Of a stretch of DNA of 64,000 nucleotides, positions 1-14,455 are shown piece after piece. Location: assembly GCF_009914755.1 (NCBI RefSeq), contig NC_060937.1. The stretch is one strand, 5' to 3'. This stretch comes from the human T2T-CHM13v2.0 reference genome, Homo sapiens. The position numbers were made by a program, and so were the translations under genes. The notes under the pieces were generated by a model that was not told the DNA's origin, searched no databases, and saw only the letters and a program-made list of their open reading frames with translations. Every line of letters begins with the position of its first letter. Positions within the stretch are counted from its first letter, which is position 1.

Positions 1-183
1 ATGCATATAGAAGCACTTTAACAAATTTTGGTGAAGAAAGTGAATATAATGACTTTGCTCAGAAACTTTTGAGTTCAGCTATTTACACTGGAATTGGAGC
101 TCTGACTAAAATGCAACAAAAAATAACAAAAACTGAAGTAGAAACTGACTTAGGAAAATTCTGCCTGGCTGTAAGATAGGCCT

Positions 184-442
184 CTAATATCCATGGTGAC
201 AACCGCCCCTTCTGTGATAGGAGCTCTCATTTGTAAATCCACCGTGGGCCCTCCGGTTTGGAAACTCTGTGTAGGAATTCCAGTATCTGGCATTGTTGGA
301 AGGCAATGCATTATTCCTGTCCTGGTTTCTGTTCATTCTGCTTGGCTTTTCTGCATGAAGCACACTGTGAAAAGTAACATCGTGTTCATACCGTTCTTTC
401 ATTCGGTGGATTTTTTCTCTTGAGACACCATGAATGTTTCTT
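184..442 (-). CDS. N4BP2L1: N4BP2L1 coding exon 5 ([14 protein letters not shown]...GGCHHGY*); 3'UTR runs off the window start
   Basis: Acceptor TTTTTTTTCCATGTAG at 443; phase 2; TAG stop at 186-184; RNxHGV motif of this family. Confidence 0.96.
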
Positions 443-1444
443 CTACATGGAAAAAAAATGCATTTAGTTAAGGCAGGATACCACAATGAGTTACTTATAT
501 TTTACAAGTCCTCTAGTATTGCAGATATTGCAGTCCCTGTTCTCAGGACCTAGCTCTGGCAAAAGCATAACAAACATCTTGTTCAGCAGTTCTCTTTCAG
601 CCTCCACTCATGTTTTTCATGCTGCCCTGCACACCCCCAAACCACCCTGAGGCTAGCAAGGAGCTAAAGCTTCAGAAATGCTTTGTTTCTGGTCCTCTCA
701 ATTACGTGCTTCAAGACATAAAAGAACACCATGAGATTTTTAAAAAATCATACATTTGCCTGTTAATGTCATGCATATATCTATCTACTTATGTTAATCA
801 GTCCCTGAGATATATTTCTAGGAGATACTTATTAAAACAATCTTAAATTCTAGTGGGCAGAAGAATCAACTGGGGATATAGTTAGAAATATAATTACCAG
901 AGATTCCAACTACTGAATGGGGTCCATGAACTCGGATTTTAATAGCCACCTGAGGCAATTCTGATGGAGTAGTCCACAGATCCACTTTGAAGACACTATC
1001 TGCCTATTACCATAAGAGGAACCAGCCTTACTCCTAAGAAGTAAATTCTTACCTCACTGGCTATTTTAAGTCAATGACATTATCAAATAATACAGACAGA
1101 GAATATCTGAACCCATGCATTCAATCAACAAGTTAGTATTATTTGAACATTTATTGCTTTATAAATTAGAAGCAGCATCTAGATCATAAATGAATCGCAG
1201 ACTGCTCAACCTCTAAAGATCTTTAGCCTAAATGCAAAAACACCATTGACATGTGCAGTCCCATGCAGATAAAGTGCTTTTAAATGTTCCTTGATGAAGA
1301 AGCATTTTAGCAGAATGTTAAATGCATCCTTTTAAAGGACCAAGTCCAAGCCAAGATTTAGCATTTAGCATTATATTAGAAAACTGACCCAAAACTAAAG
1401 TCTTCACATTAATAATTCCAAAGTTATCAATTTCCAAGAATTAC

Positions 1445-1513
1445 CATTTCTGGCCTGAAAACTACCATGTCCATTTCCAGCCTGAAAAGATTCTTTTGTT
1501 CGGTCTGAAATAC
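1445..1513 (-). CDS. N4BP2L1: N4BP2L1 alternative exon 4b ([23 protein letters not shown])
   Basis: Acceptor CTATTTTCAG at 1514; donor ATG|GTAATT at 1444; 69 nt, phase 0 to 0; joins exon 5 in a shifted frame ([18 protein letters not shown], stop 388-386). Confidence 0.6.
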
Positions 1514-1562
1514 CTGAAAATAGCAGGATACATAATGAGGAACTAGAAAAACAAAGAAGTAC

Positions 1563-1639
1563 CTTGCTAACTCTTGAACGTTGAATTTCCAGCGAGTGTC
1601 AGGTTCTCGGAATATAACTTCATAGTTATTTTCAAGTGC
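1563..1639 (-). CDS. N4BP2L1: N4BP2L1 coding exon 4 ([25 protein letters not shown])
   Basis: Acceptor AATCAG at 1640; donor AAG|GTACTT at 1562; 77 nt, phase 0 to 2. Confidence 0.94.
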
Positions 1640-2469
1640 CTGATTTTTCAAAAGTACATAAAACATTGAAGACATAGTATGTATGTTTGGGAATGTTTAT
1701 GCTGCCATTTAACATTTACTACAAATCTTTTCAGAATTCCTTTTGTTTTACCAGTAATCCAATGCCTTAATTTATCACAATAAATGCAGTTGTTTCATTC
1801 CCATACTTAGCCACTCTCATAATTCTCCATGATAAATTTTGCTCAATTTTATCTAGTATGTAGGAAATTTGTAAAGGTTCTTTGTTTTGGACATCTTTAA
1901 AAATAGATGACTGAGCTAGTTTAAAACGTCCTGAACACCGGTATGAATGAACTCAGTGACGTCTCAAAGTCACTTATGGGATTTTTGTAGATTTACTTGT
2001 CAGATGCCTTGTCCTATTCCTCATGCCTTCCTTTAGAAAGTGGGAGTACCATAGGAACATAACTGGTGAAATAAAAGTGATAGTCACATACTTCACATCA
2101 TCTTCCTTCCAAAAGTAGCTCTCCCCATTATGCAATACAATTTGGGTCAATGCTCTGGGCCCCATTTCCTTGAGTTTAGAAAACTATTATAATTTCCTTA
2201 TAAACATCCAAATATTCTTTGCATTCATAAATTGACTACTACTTTATCTCAAACTGAATTTTCTATTATCACTATAATTTATTGTGTTTATAAAACATAG
2301 AGTGGAAAGAGCTAAGCAAAAAGGTTTCCTTTTCATTCTTGAGATGGGCGCTTCTCAACTGGGAAGGATTTAAATAACACAACCGGAAACCTCTCATTTC
2401 TAAGTCGAATTAATAGCTGAGGATGGCTGAAAAAGATTATACATATCCAGAAGATAAAAAGTAAAATGA

Positions 2470-2781
<312 letters not shown>

Positions 2782-3084
2782 TTAGGCTGCTTGTCAGTTA
2801 GTCCTTAAGTCTTGGTTTTAAGTGATGGCCTTCATTCAATTGACTCTTCACGTGCCTGTTCATTTCTCGCCCAAGTAGACTAGACATGAACTGAAGTAAC
2901 CACAAGTTTGGGGCTCATTCTTCCTTACATTCACCAAAGCCCCACAATCTGGGCATAAGTGGAACTGATGAAGATCATTAGAGAAAAGCACACCTGTAAG
3001 TATGCCAGTTAGCCCCAGATGTAAAAAGAAGCCTAAAATCGTGAGCCCAGTCTGGACCTATTCACTTCACAATTAACCAGGTAG

Positions 3085-3451
<367 letters not shown>

Positions 3452-3699
3452 TCCTGCCCCATTTTTATGGTTCTGGATCCTTCCTCCTTTCTAGACCCAA
3501 TAGGGAATGAAAACATTATCACAAGAGATGGAATATGTATGAAAAAAGACCAAATAGACTTCACAATTAAAGGATAATGTGCACACTGTTACAGGCATCG
3601 TACTGTTCTTTGCTATTCTGACAATGAGAGCTGAGTTGTTTTTATTTATATTTGCATTCTACCATCTCAATAAGGTTACAGTGTTAATCCTAAATCTGT

Positions 3700-4012
<313 letters not shown>

Positions 4013-4491
4013 TAAATCTGTCTTTAGACTAAAATATTCTGTTGCCCTGGAACTCCCAGGGAGCAACAGCACACAGTGTGGAAATTCCCGGCTCACCAGA
4101 GGCAGAACCGTCCTGTTGTGACCTGTAGCTCCACTACGAGCGCCATCTAATTCAGTATTAGTATTGATCTGAACATTTCGGTGGGTGCTTCTCTGTATGC
4201 CTTGCCGTAGGAAAGTAATTAAGACAGAAAAGTTATCAAGGATTCACACCAAAGACCATTTGCCAAGGACTATTTTTAAATTGTATCCTCAAGTGAGATT
4301 AGCATCTCAGCAAACTTCAGCCATTGAACAGCAGAGAAACACTAAAATAAAACCTCGTTACCTTCTCCCTGGGAGAACCACTGTTAGCAAATATGAAATC
4401 ATGGAACATCAGAAAAAGAGGAAAGAACAGATGCTTCAACTTTCTCACAAAATGTCCATAACTGAAAATTCAGAATGATACTTCTTCCTAC

Positions 4492-4580
4492 CATGACTGC
4501 ATAGGGCTTCATTTCCCAGGCGTGGAGGTTGGTATTATCAATAATAATGGGGGATATGCCATTCCTCATTGCTTTTCTTG
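4492..4580 (-). CDS. N4BP2L1: N4BP2L1 coding exon 3 ([30 protein letters not shown])
   Basis: Acceptor TTGCAG at 4581; donor ATG|GTAGGA at 4491; 89 nt, phase 1 to 0; IIIDNTN motif. Not in the ORF track; translated by hand. Confidence 0.95.
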
Positions 4581-4886
4581 CTGCAACACAATGTTACATA
4601 ACAGTGAACAACATGCAACAATCAGAGGGAAGGTGAGCGTAATCTCTATTCGTCATTTTTATTACAGGATGCCCTCATCTCCTCATCACACAACTTCAGA
4701 GCCCACTATCAATCAATAATTTTCTTTCTCTGGAATCTAAGGAGGTTATGCTCTGGTGTTCTGTTTTGGGGGAAAAATTGGCAGAACTTTCGGTTAAACT
4801 CCTTCCATAAAATTTATTCATTCTGCAGCAGCTACAATCTATGTGCACATCAGGGTTTCCCAGGAGTTTGGGAAGGAATTTGTCAC

Positions 4887-5014
4887 CTCTTTTTTGGTTC
4901 CATTCATGAGCTTCCTCCAGGAAGTCAGGATTGAACTCATAGGCACCATCTTCCCTGAAGAAAAAATCATCCGTGCTGAAAATCAGGGCCCTGGGAAAGT
5001 CATGCTGCAATTGT
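4887..5014 (-). CDS. N4BP2L1: N4BP2L1 coding exon 2 ([18 protein letters not shown]...WNQKR)
   Basis: Acceptor TTCCAG at 5015; donor AGAG|GTGACA at 4886; 128 nt, phase 2 to 1; STDD motif of AAA_33/polynucleotide-kinase-like P-loop domains. Confidence 0.96.
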
Positions 5015-7329
5015 CTGGAAAGTGGAGAAATGAGAGAGAGAGATGTTTTAAATATATGTATAGTCTCAGTAGAAATAATCTCCTTCCATCTCTAACATTT
5101 AGCAGTTTATAATTCTGAGACCACCAGGTTTGGAGTTGTTAAAATGCAGTTTCAAAAGAGAGATGTTTATTATGTCTAGAAGGCATCACTCCTTAGCAGG
5201 AGATGGGAGAGGGCTGAGAGGCAGCAGTGTGTGTTGCCAGTCCTTGAAACTAAGAGGCACAGTCACTGCCGCTGCCTTCTGTAGCGGCAAGAACTGACTC
5301 AAGAAGAAACTGAAGCTAAGTCGCAGGCCTGGTGACTGTCTTTCTTCCTGGGCACCAATCCCGGTGCCCATTCCTCTCCGAGGCACCAGTGCCCCTGCCC
5401 AAGACCTGCCCATGGGTGCCAGACCCCCATGCTGCAGCCCTTCCCTCGGCCCCCTAAACTCTGAGCTGGCCCATTTCCTTGGAGCTCTGTTCTCTGTAAG
5501 GACCCATCTGAGAAACTAATTCTAGTGAGAAATGTGGGGAAGTGATGCACGTGCTCTACTTTATCAGGTAACATATTTATGTTTTAATGATGACCCGAGC
5601 CAAATGGGAGAAAAGCACAACAGGAGAAGGAAAGCGACAGAGCCACTGTCCCCTACCTTCCTACCCTCCACCACTCTAAGTAGGAAATATCACAGCAAAA
5701 AGAAACACCACCATGGAGCTCCCCTTTAAAGCAAAACCAAAACAAAATGAATACGCTTATTCAGTTCTGCACAAAAGAACTTCAAAGAGAAGATGTTTCC
5801 ACTTGAATCCTTGCTCGTACTATCTTTTGGCAGAAGGTGGATGTCATGCTCCGCAAGAACTGGAGACGTGTCTGAGCTTCCTTTCCGCATCTGTAAAAAC
5901 TGAGGACAAACAAACCCAGCCAACAAACAGAAAATATGGTCACATGGCCATGCTCAGAATAAGAAGATATTTAAAAATCGGAGGAAAAAAGGTTGGAGAA
6001 TGACAAGGGCAGGAAATGCAAAGAGAAAGCAAAGCTATTCAATGTCTTTTTTGCTGTTGGTCTTCTCCATGGAGCAGAAAGATCTTTAATCCAGGAAGAA
6101 CAGAACAAACATGAGGCCTTGGGGCCACAGATGAGTAAGCACTTCAGGTGCCCCCACAGGCTTGGGAGCTTTTGTTTTCTCAACTGTAAAACACAGATAA
6201 TTATCCCTACCTATTAAACAGAGCTTCTAATCAGACTGAAATGAGGCCAGTATGAAAAAACATTTTGTACCCAGTAAGGCACTTTACAAAAGTAAAATGG
6301 TGTTATAATAACAATGAGGCCAAATTGACCAACCCAGACTGTTTCTACGCCACAGTAATAAACACATCGGAGCGCGCATGTCAAGTAGTCCTTGAGATAC
6401 TGCGGTGAATTAAGAGGGAGATGAAAGACAAAACTAAAGTAAAATGCTTCCATTTTCAAAAACGAGTGAATATACATTCCAGAAATGGTAACTAAATATC
6501 TGTCAAAATTCTTCAGAAGCTTGATAGCATTTAAAAAGAAGGCAGCATAGATCACTGAAATTCCAAACCAAATGCATTTTCTTTTTTAATGAACTAAACA
6601 GTGGCAAACCAGGAAATTCAGTGGACATACTATGTTTGTTTAAACAGGAATCTGACAGTCTCCCTTGGTAGCTTTGCGGGGAAATGCGGGCCAGTAGATA
6701 ATACACTTTAATACCGAAAGAATATTAGTTAATTATCCAACCCATTAAACATTTATTGAGCACTTAACATGTGCCAAATGCCAGGTGAAGCGTTAAGGTA
6801 CAGAAAGAAAGTAGCTGCTTTCAAGGAATTCATGGCCCAGCCAAAGGAGTCAGACCTGGCACAGCCAGCGCAGCGCACAGAGGAAAAAGCTGGCCCAGCA
6901 AAGCGCTGAGAGAAAGGGTCAGGAGCCGGGGAAAGTGATGCAAAGGAGTGATGCAAGTTTGACTTGGTCCCTGAGGGATGAGAAAACTGCTGCCTCTTGG
7001 GGGAGGGGCTGAGCACACGGGCAGGAAAGAGAGGAGGAAGCGAGTGCTGGAGGGCTTGTAGGGGAGAAGGGGCTGCAGGGAAAAGCAGAAAGACTCTAAG
7101 GGTTAAAAGACGCAAATCATCTTTGAAACACTGTTTTCAAATCTGACTGCCACACAATTTAAAGAGAAATTTGGCCAGCTTGAACGTGTCCAGAGAAGAG
7201 TGATCAAATACATACAAGGTCCAGAAACCATGTCAGAGGAGCAAAGATCATCGGAGACATGCGGAGTGTTTCAGGCAGAATAGAAAATAAAAGGGATAAG
7301 GTGGATAGTTCTCAGACGCTGGGAAGTCT

Positions 7330-7725
7330 ATTGTGTGGGCGCGGGAATGAACTTCTTTTGTGTTGGCAATTTGGGCTGGGCTCAGGTGGGCCGATCTGCG
7401 GGCCTTGCCCGGGGTCCCTGCGGCAGCTGCGTCACCTGACTACGTGGGGCTGGGCGGAGTGCCCTAAGCAGGGTCCTTCACACGTCTGGTGGTGCTGGCT
7501 CTCACTCCGCAGGGCCTGTCATCCTTCTGAAAGAGCCTCACCCAGGTCTCTTCACAGACCGCGGTATTTAAAGAGAACAAGACAAGAAGCTGCTCACCAG
7601 CGCTCCAGCACATTCTTTTGGTCAAAGCGAGTCACTTTGCTGGCCCACATTGAAGGGCGAGGAAAGTAGACTTCTTGATGGAAGGAAGAGCAAAGAAAAT
7701 GTGGCCACTTTAAATCTAGTACAGA
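7330..7725 (-). mobile_element. Ancient MaLR (MLT1-like) LTR fragment
   Basis: TTGGGCTGGGCTCAG...CACATTCTTTTGGTCAAAGCGAGTCAC...TCTTGATGGAAGGA motifs typical of MLT1; subfamily and strand tentative. Confidence 0.55.
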
Positions 7726-9534
7726 TAAAGCCAGTGACACGAAGGAAGGGATAAGTATAAAGAAGACTTGATGAACCAGTGCTCATAGTTTCCGTATGAA
7801 TGTCTGTTATTCGACTTCTTTAAAGATACGCACATCGAAAGTCCAAACCTTAACCTCTGATGCAAACAATTATACAGACAGGACAAAAATCTAAGGGTAG
7901 CACTGATGCATTTTCAGGTATGTATATTTTATATTTGTGAACACTGTACAGTTTTAAAGTTATTTTCATCAATATTATTTAAATAATGAAAGTTGTGTTC
8001 AGAGATTAAATAATAGTGTATAATGTATTTCCCTTATCCTCTGTACACTAAGTTAAGCAACCATGGTAACTGAATCCAAGATTTTTTTTTTCTTTCAGGT
8101 CCCGATTTGATATCCCTTCTAAATCTGGTTTCATTTGTTCTCCTATTAAGTCTGCTACTTACAAGTTTTGTTTTGGTTTTTGAACATTTTCAGACTTGAA
8201 TTTTTCTTTTCATATACATACCCTTATCTGCTCTTGTTTTCCTCTTTGTGGTTTATATTATTGATTGGAAGTTAATACTTTATAATATTTCCTTTAAAAA
8301 GACTTTAAGGCATGAGTATCCAATTCACTGTTTGTTTTGTTTTATTTGAATCCTATTTCCTTCTAGAAAACAAAAACAGCACATAACACTACTGCCCTTT
8401 TAATCACAAAATTTTACCTTAGAGTAAAAGCTAAATGGCTCAGGATCACTATGGGGCAAGAACACCATCCATCATTTCCTGAGACACATCTGACTGTGGC
8501 CTCCATACTCTTCCTAACAAACAGGCAGACAAAACTAAGGGTGTTTTTCACCTTTAAGGCCAAGGATTTTTTTTTTTTTTTTTTTGGCCTGTATGATCTT
8601 CCTGAATGACTTCAAAACTTGTTTTATCTCCACCTAAATGTTAAATTAGCACTAGCAGCCATAGTAGCATGTTGAATAGGCAGGACAATAAAAACTCTAC
8701 TAGCTAAATAAAGAACTGATTAAATAGACAATCTTGAGATTCTCAAACTTAAGTGGAAGCAATAAATACCATTCCATCAGCTTCAGAAGTGATGAGGGTT
8801 AAGCCCCAGTTCTATCTTTATGGTGGTCAGGAGCCTCATGCATTAGGGAAATTGAGAGAATGAAAATAAAAGGGAAAAAATAGAAAGATAATTAATTCCA
8901 TATAACCTTCACCTCCCACAACCCCCGCTCAAATTCATTTAAAATCACTATTATAAGAGAAACTCAGGGGCTAATCTTGATTTCACAACTTATTCTTTTG
9001 TGTAATTCTTTATTTAATAATAGAGAACCATAGAGATATATTTAGATATCTCTTCAGCCAGTCAGTCACTCACTGAGAAAGTCAGACATTGCATGTAATT
9101 TTAACTTGACGCCCAGTTTTTTACTAGGGAAATTTTCAAGCATGCAAAAGTAGATGGAATAATATACTCGATCCTCATATACACATGACCAGTTATCAAC
9201 ATATGGCCAGTCTTCTCTCATGTCCTTCCTATTTCATTGCATCAGTCACTCCATCAGTGTTTAGTCTCCCTGCTTGTCTCATCAGTGTTTTCCTCCAGTT
9301 GGTGTGCGTGCAACAGGGACCAAACAAGATCCCCACATTGTATTTGGTTGCCATGTCCCTTAAGTCTCATTTATCCTATAGTTTGCCCTCTCCTTTTTAT
9401 TTCCACCTGAACTTCTCCCGCCACAACCTTTTAATTAGAAAATACACAAACCTATGGAAATGAGTTGAAAAACAGTATATTGAACGCTGCTTACCCTTCA
9501 TCTATGGTCACCAGATGTTCACATTTTGCCTTAG

Positions 9535-9901
<367 letters not shown>

Positions 9902-10119
9902 GATAAACTCCATACATCGCGATACTTTATTCCTAAATTCTTTATCAAGTATCTCTTAAGAATAAGAACAATTCCCTGCATAACCACAATACCATTATTG
10001 CATCTAAAAAATTAAGGCAGAGTGCCCTAAGCAAGGTCCTTCACACATCTGGTGGGGCTGGCTCTCACTCCGCAGGGCCTGTCATCCTGAAAGAGCCTGA
10101 AAGAGTGATTAATTCATAA

Positions 10120-10495
<376 letters not shown>

Positions 10496-11078
10496 TAAAA
10501 ATTCCCCAATGGTCTCAAGAATATTTTTCATAAGCTTCAAGTACTGCACTTGGTTATTATGTCTGGTTAACGTCTTTGAATCTAGAACTGTCCTCATGCT
10601 GTTTTGGTTTCTCTAGTTGGTATGAGAATGTTCTGCATTCTGGGTTTGTGTGGTTGTTTCCTAGTGATTAAACCCAGATTAAATGTTTTTTAAAAGCAAA
10701 GTACAGAGGTGATGTTTGTGTACTTCTGATTGCACATAATGACAGTCTGTCCCACCATGCTAAATTCAATGCTAAGTTCGATCACTTGGCTAAAGGGTGG
10801 TGTTAGCCAGACCTCTCCACTGGAAAGGTATCTTGCTTCCTTTGTAATATTAACTAATATGGGGGACAAAACTGTGAGCCCATGTACCGATCCAATTCTC
10901 CAACATTTCCCTCAGCAATCTTTACATCTATTTCTCTGATCACAAAACAAAAAAAGTGCAAAAAAGGAGTGAGGTTCCTATATTCCCCCATCTACAAATA
11001 ATTATTAACATTTTGGTCTTCTTTCCAGGACTGGAAATATATATATAATTTCTTTTCATTTTATCTCTTGTTACATGA

Positions 11079-11423
<345 letters not shown>

Positions 11424-14011
11424 TAACCAAGCATTTTTTCATAGCAAATTATTTCCCACCTTATAAAATATTCTTCTATGACATGATTTTTAATGATATG
11501 GCATACTTATTCCTATGGATGTGCCATAACATAATGCTTAACTAATAATTTAATGCTTAACCAATGGTCTATGGTTAGGCATTTAGTTTGTCCCTACTTC
11601 TTTAATTATCAGCAATATTAGTTTGTGTGTGTGTGCTGATCATTTAGAGATATTCTTTGGTGAACTGCACTTTCACGTCCTTTGGTGAATAAAGCCTCCT
11701 TATTAGGAGGTTTATCTTTCTTATTGAATGTCAATTTTTTATTATGTACAGCAATTGCTTTTTAATTTTGTTTGTAATAATCTCTAAAAGTCTAAATTTT
11801 AGCGGGGTGCAGTGGCTTTCTTTTCTTCTTGTTTGTGATTCCTCTCATGGTTGGCTAAGATTGGTTGTTCCAATAAATTCTATTATTTTTTTAAAAGAGT
11901 ACTAAGCAGTGAACAAAGAGCTTGGCATATATTCTGTCCCTTTAACCTTTATAACAATTTTATGAAGTAAATCATTTACTTTTACTTGGTTTACAAATAA
12001 AGAAACTAGGGCTTCAAGAGCTTAAAAACTGGCTTGGGTTTCTACCGTTTGCATGTGGGGCTGCCAGAACCTTACCTCAGGTCTATTCACTCAGGGCACA
12101 TGGGTATTACAGACTCTGTGAGCTCTTGCAGATCTGAGAAAGCCTTTCTGTTGTCTTCGTATGAAAGACAACAGGCTAGATGAGAATTACTGAACTACAA
12201 TCTTTTCCCCACAGGCATTAATATTTTAAATTTAGGTTTCAGTTCAAAGTGGGTTCACATGCATTGAACAGAAACCCCAGTTAGTGGATTTCTAACAGTG
12301 GTGGCTTCAATAAAATTAAAATGTCTATATCTTGTGTGTAAAAAGACAGAGGTAGAATCCAGAGCTGGTGTCACAACTCCATGATCAACATGGACCCAGG
12401 AGTCTAGCATCTTTTTTAGCAAGAGGCTTCCATTCTTCAGAGGGCCTCCTAGTGGCCACTGCAGGGCCAGGCTGCACCTCCATGTTCCACACAGCCAAAG
12501 AGGCAAGGGGGCCCTGAAAACTAGTTTTATAGTTGGGCACACTGCCACACCCAACAAAGTGTGCTTGCTAAAGAAGAAAGGGTAGTTAACTAACAGCTTT
12601 TGCAACAGTCTTTCCAGGATATATCTAGATATTTAATTTATTTTTTTAATCACTTCTGAGCCTTCAAGTCAAATATGTTCTATGATATCTTTATTTGTTG
12701 CTTTGGTTGTATTTACTCTGGTTATTTTTGGCTATATTTATTTTCACATTTGTCTTCTACATTATTGTTTGATTTTCTGCATTGTGACTCTGCTTATCTC
12801 TAATATACTTTAAAATTCTAACACTTACTTTAGATTCTTTTATATATCATTTAACTCCTTTTTAATTTTCTGCTTCTTAACCAACTTCCTTCGTATTTTA
12901 GACTCCTAATCAGGAGTTTTTCTTTAATCTTTTATATCATAGAGAGGAATTTTTTAGAAAAAATGTAAATATAGAGAAAGACAAAAGAAATAATAACACA
13001 CCTGCATACACACCACCTAAAGCTCATAATCATGAACATTTTCTCATACTTGTTTTGTTGGCTTAAAATTCAACCAACCCCCACTTTAACTCTGGCACTC
13101 CCAGAAACCTTTACCGTGCTTCTCTCTCCCCTTTTCAACAGCACTTATCACCGCCTAAATTAACATACGGTTTCCTTAGAGGTTATATCCATTTCCCTAC
13201 CTCTGGCACATAAGGTCCACAAGGGCAGGATCTTTGTTTTGTTCACTGATGATTCCCAAGTACCTAGAACACTGTGTGGAACACATAAACACTCAATAAA
13301 TACTTGTTGAATTAAAAAATGAAGGAGCATTACATTTTTTAGATCTATTTATGTTGATATATAGACTTAGTCCATTTTCTTTAACTGCTACATAGTACTC
13401 CATTATCAGCAAAATAATAAATATAGCCAATGTTTATTAAGTGCTTATTGTGTGCTAACCACTATTCTAGAGGCTTTACATTTTTTACGTAATGCTCAAA
13501 TAGACCTGGGAGATAAGCACTGCTATGAATCCCCAATCCCCATGTTACAGACAAAGAAATTAGGGCCAACGAGTGGTACAACTGGATTAAAACCTAGGCT
13601 TCTGGCCCCAGAGCCGCACACTAAACTGCTGTGCTTGAGCGCTATAAAATAACCACATTTATTTATGTATTTTCTCTAGTGATACTTATTTGCAATTTTC
13701 CATATCATGAACAAATTTCAGTGAACTTCCTTATGCCTACCTCTTGTGTGTATGTGGACATTTCCTGGGGATATATACCTCCGGTGGCATACCTGTGAAA
13801 TCCTTTGCTTATTTTTTGAGAGAACAGAGCAGAGCAGATGCTAAAATTGCCTTTTTTCCTTGAGAATTTTTTTTCTCTGATAGAATACATGTTCCATGAA
13901 GGCAGGGATTTTTGTCTCCTTTGTCCACTGCTCCATTCTGAGCATCTAGAAGAATGCCAGGCACATGGGAGATGCTCAGTAAATATCTGTGAATGTATTA
14001 ATGGCTCCTGA

Positions 14012-14356
<345 letters not shown>

Positions 14357-14455
14357 GGCAAACTTTTTTATAGAGTCCCAAGCTGTGTGAGAATTTCTAT
14401 TTACTCATTTTTGTACAATGAGAATTTTACCCAAACCTTAGATTCAGTTCGTCCT

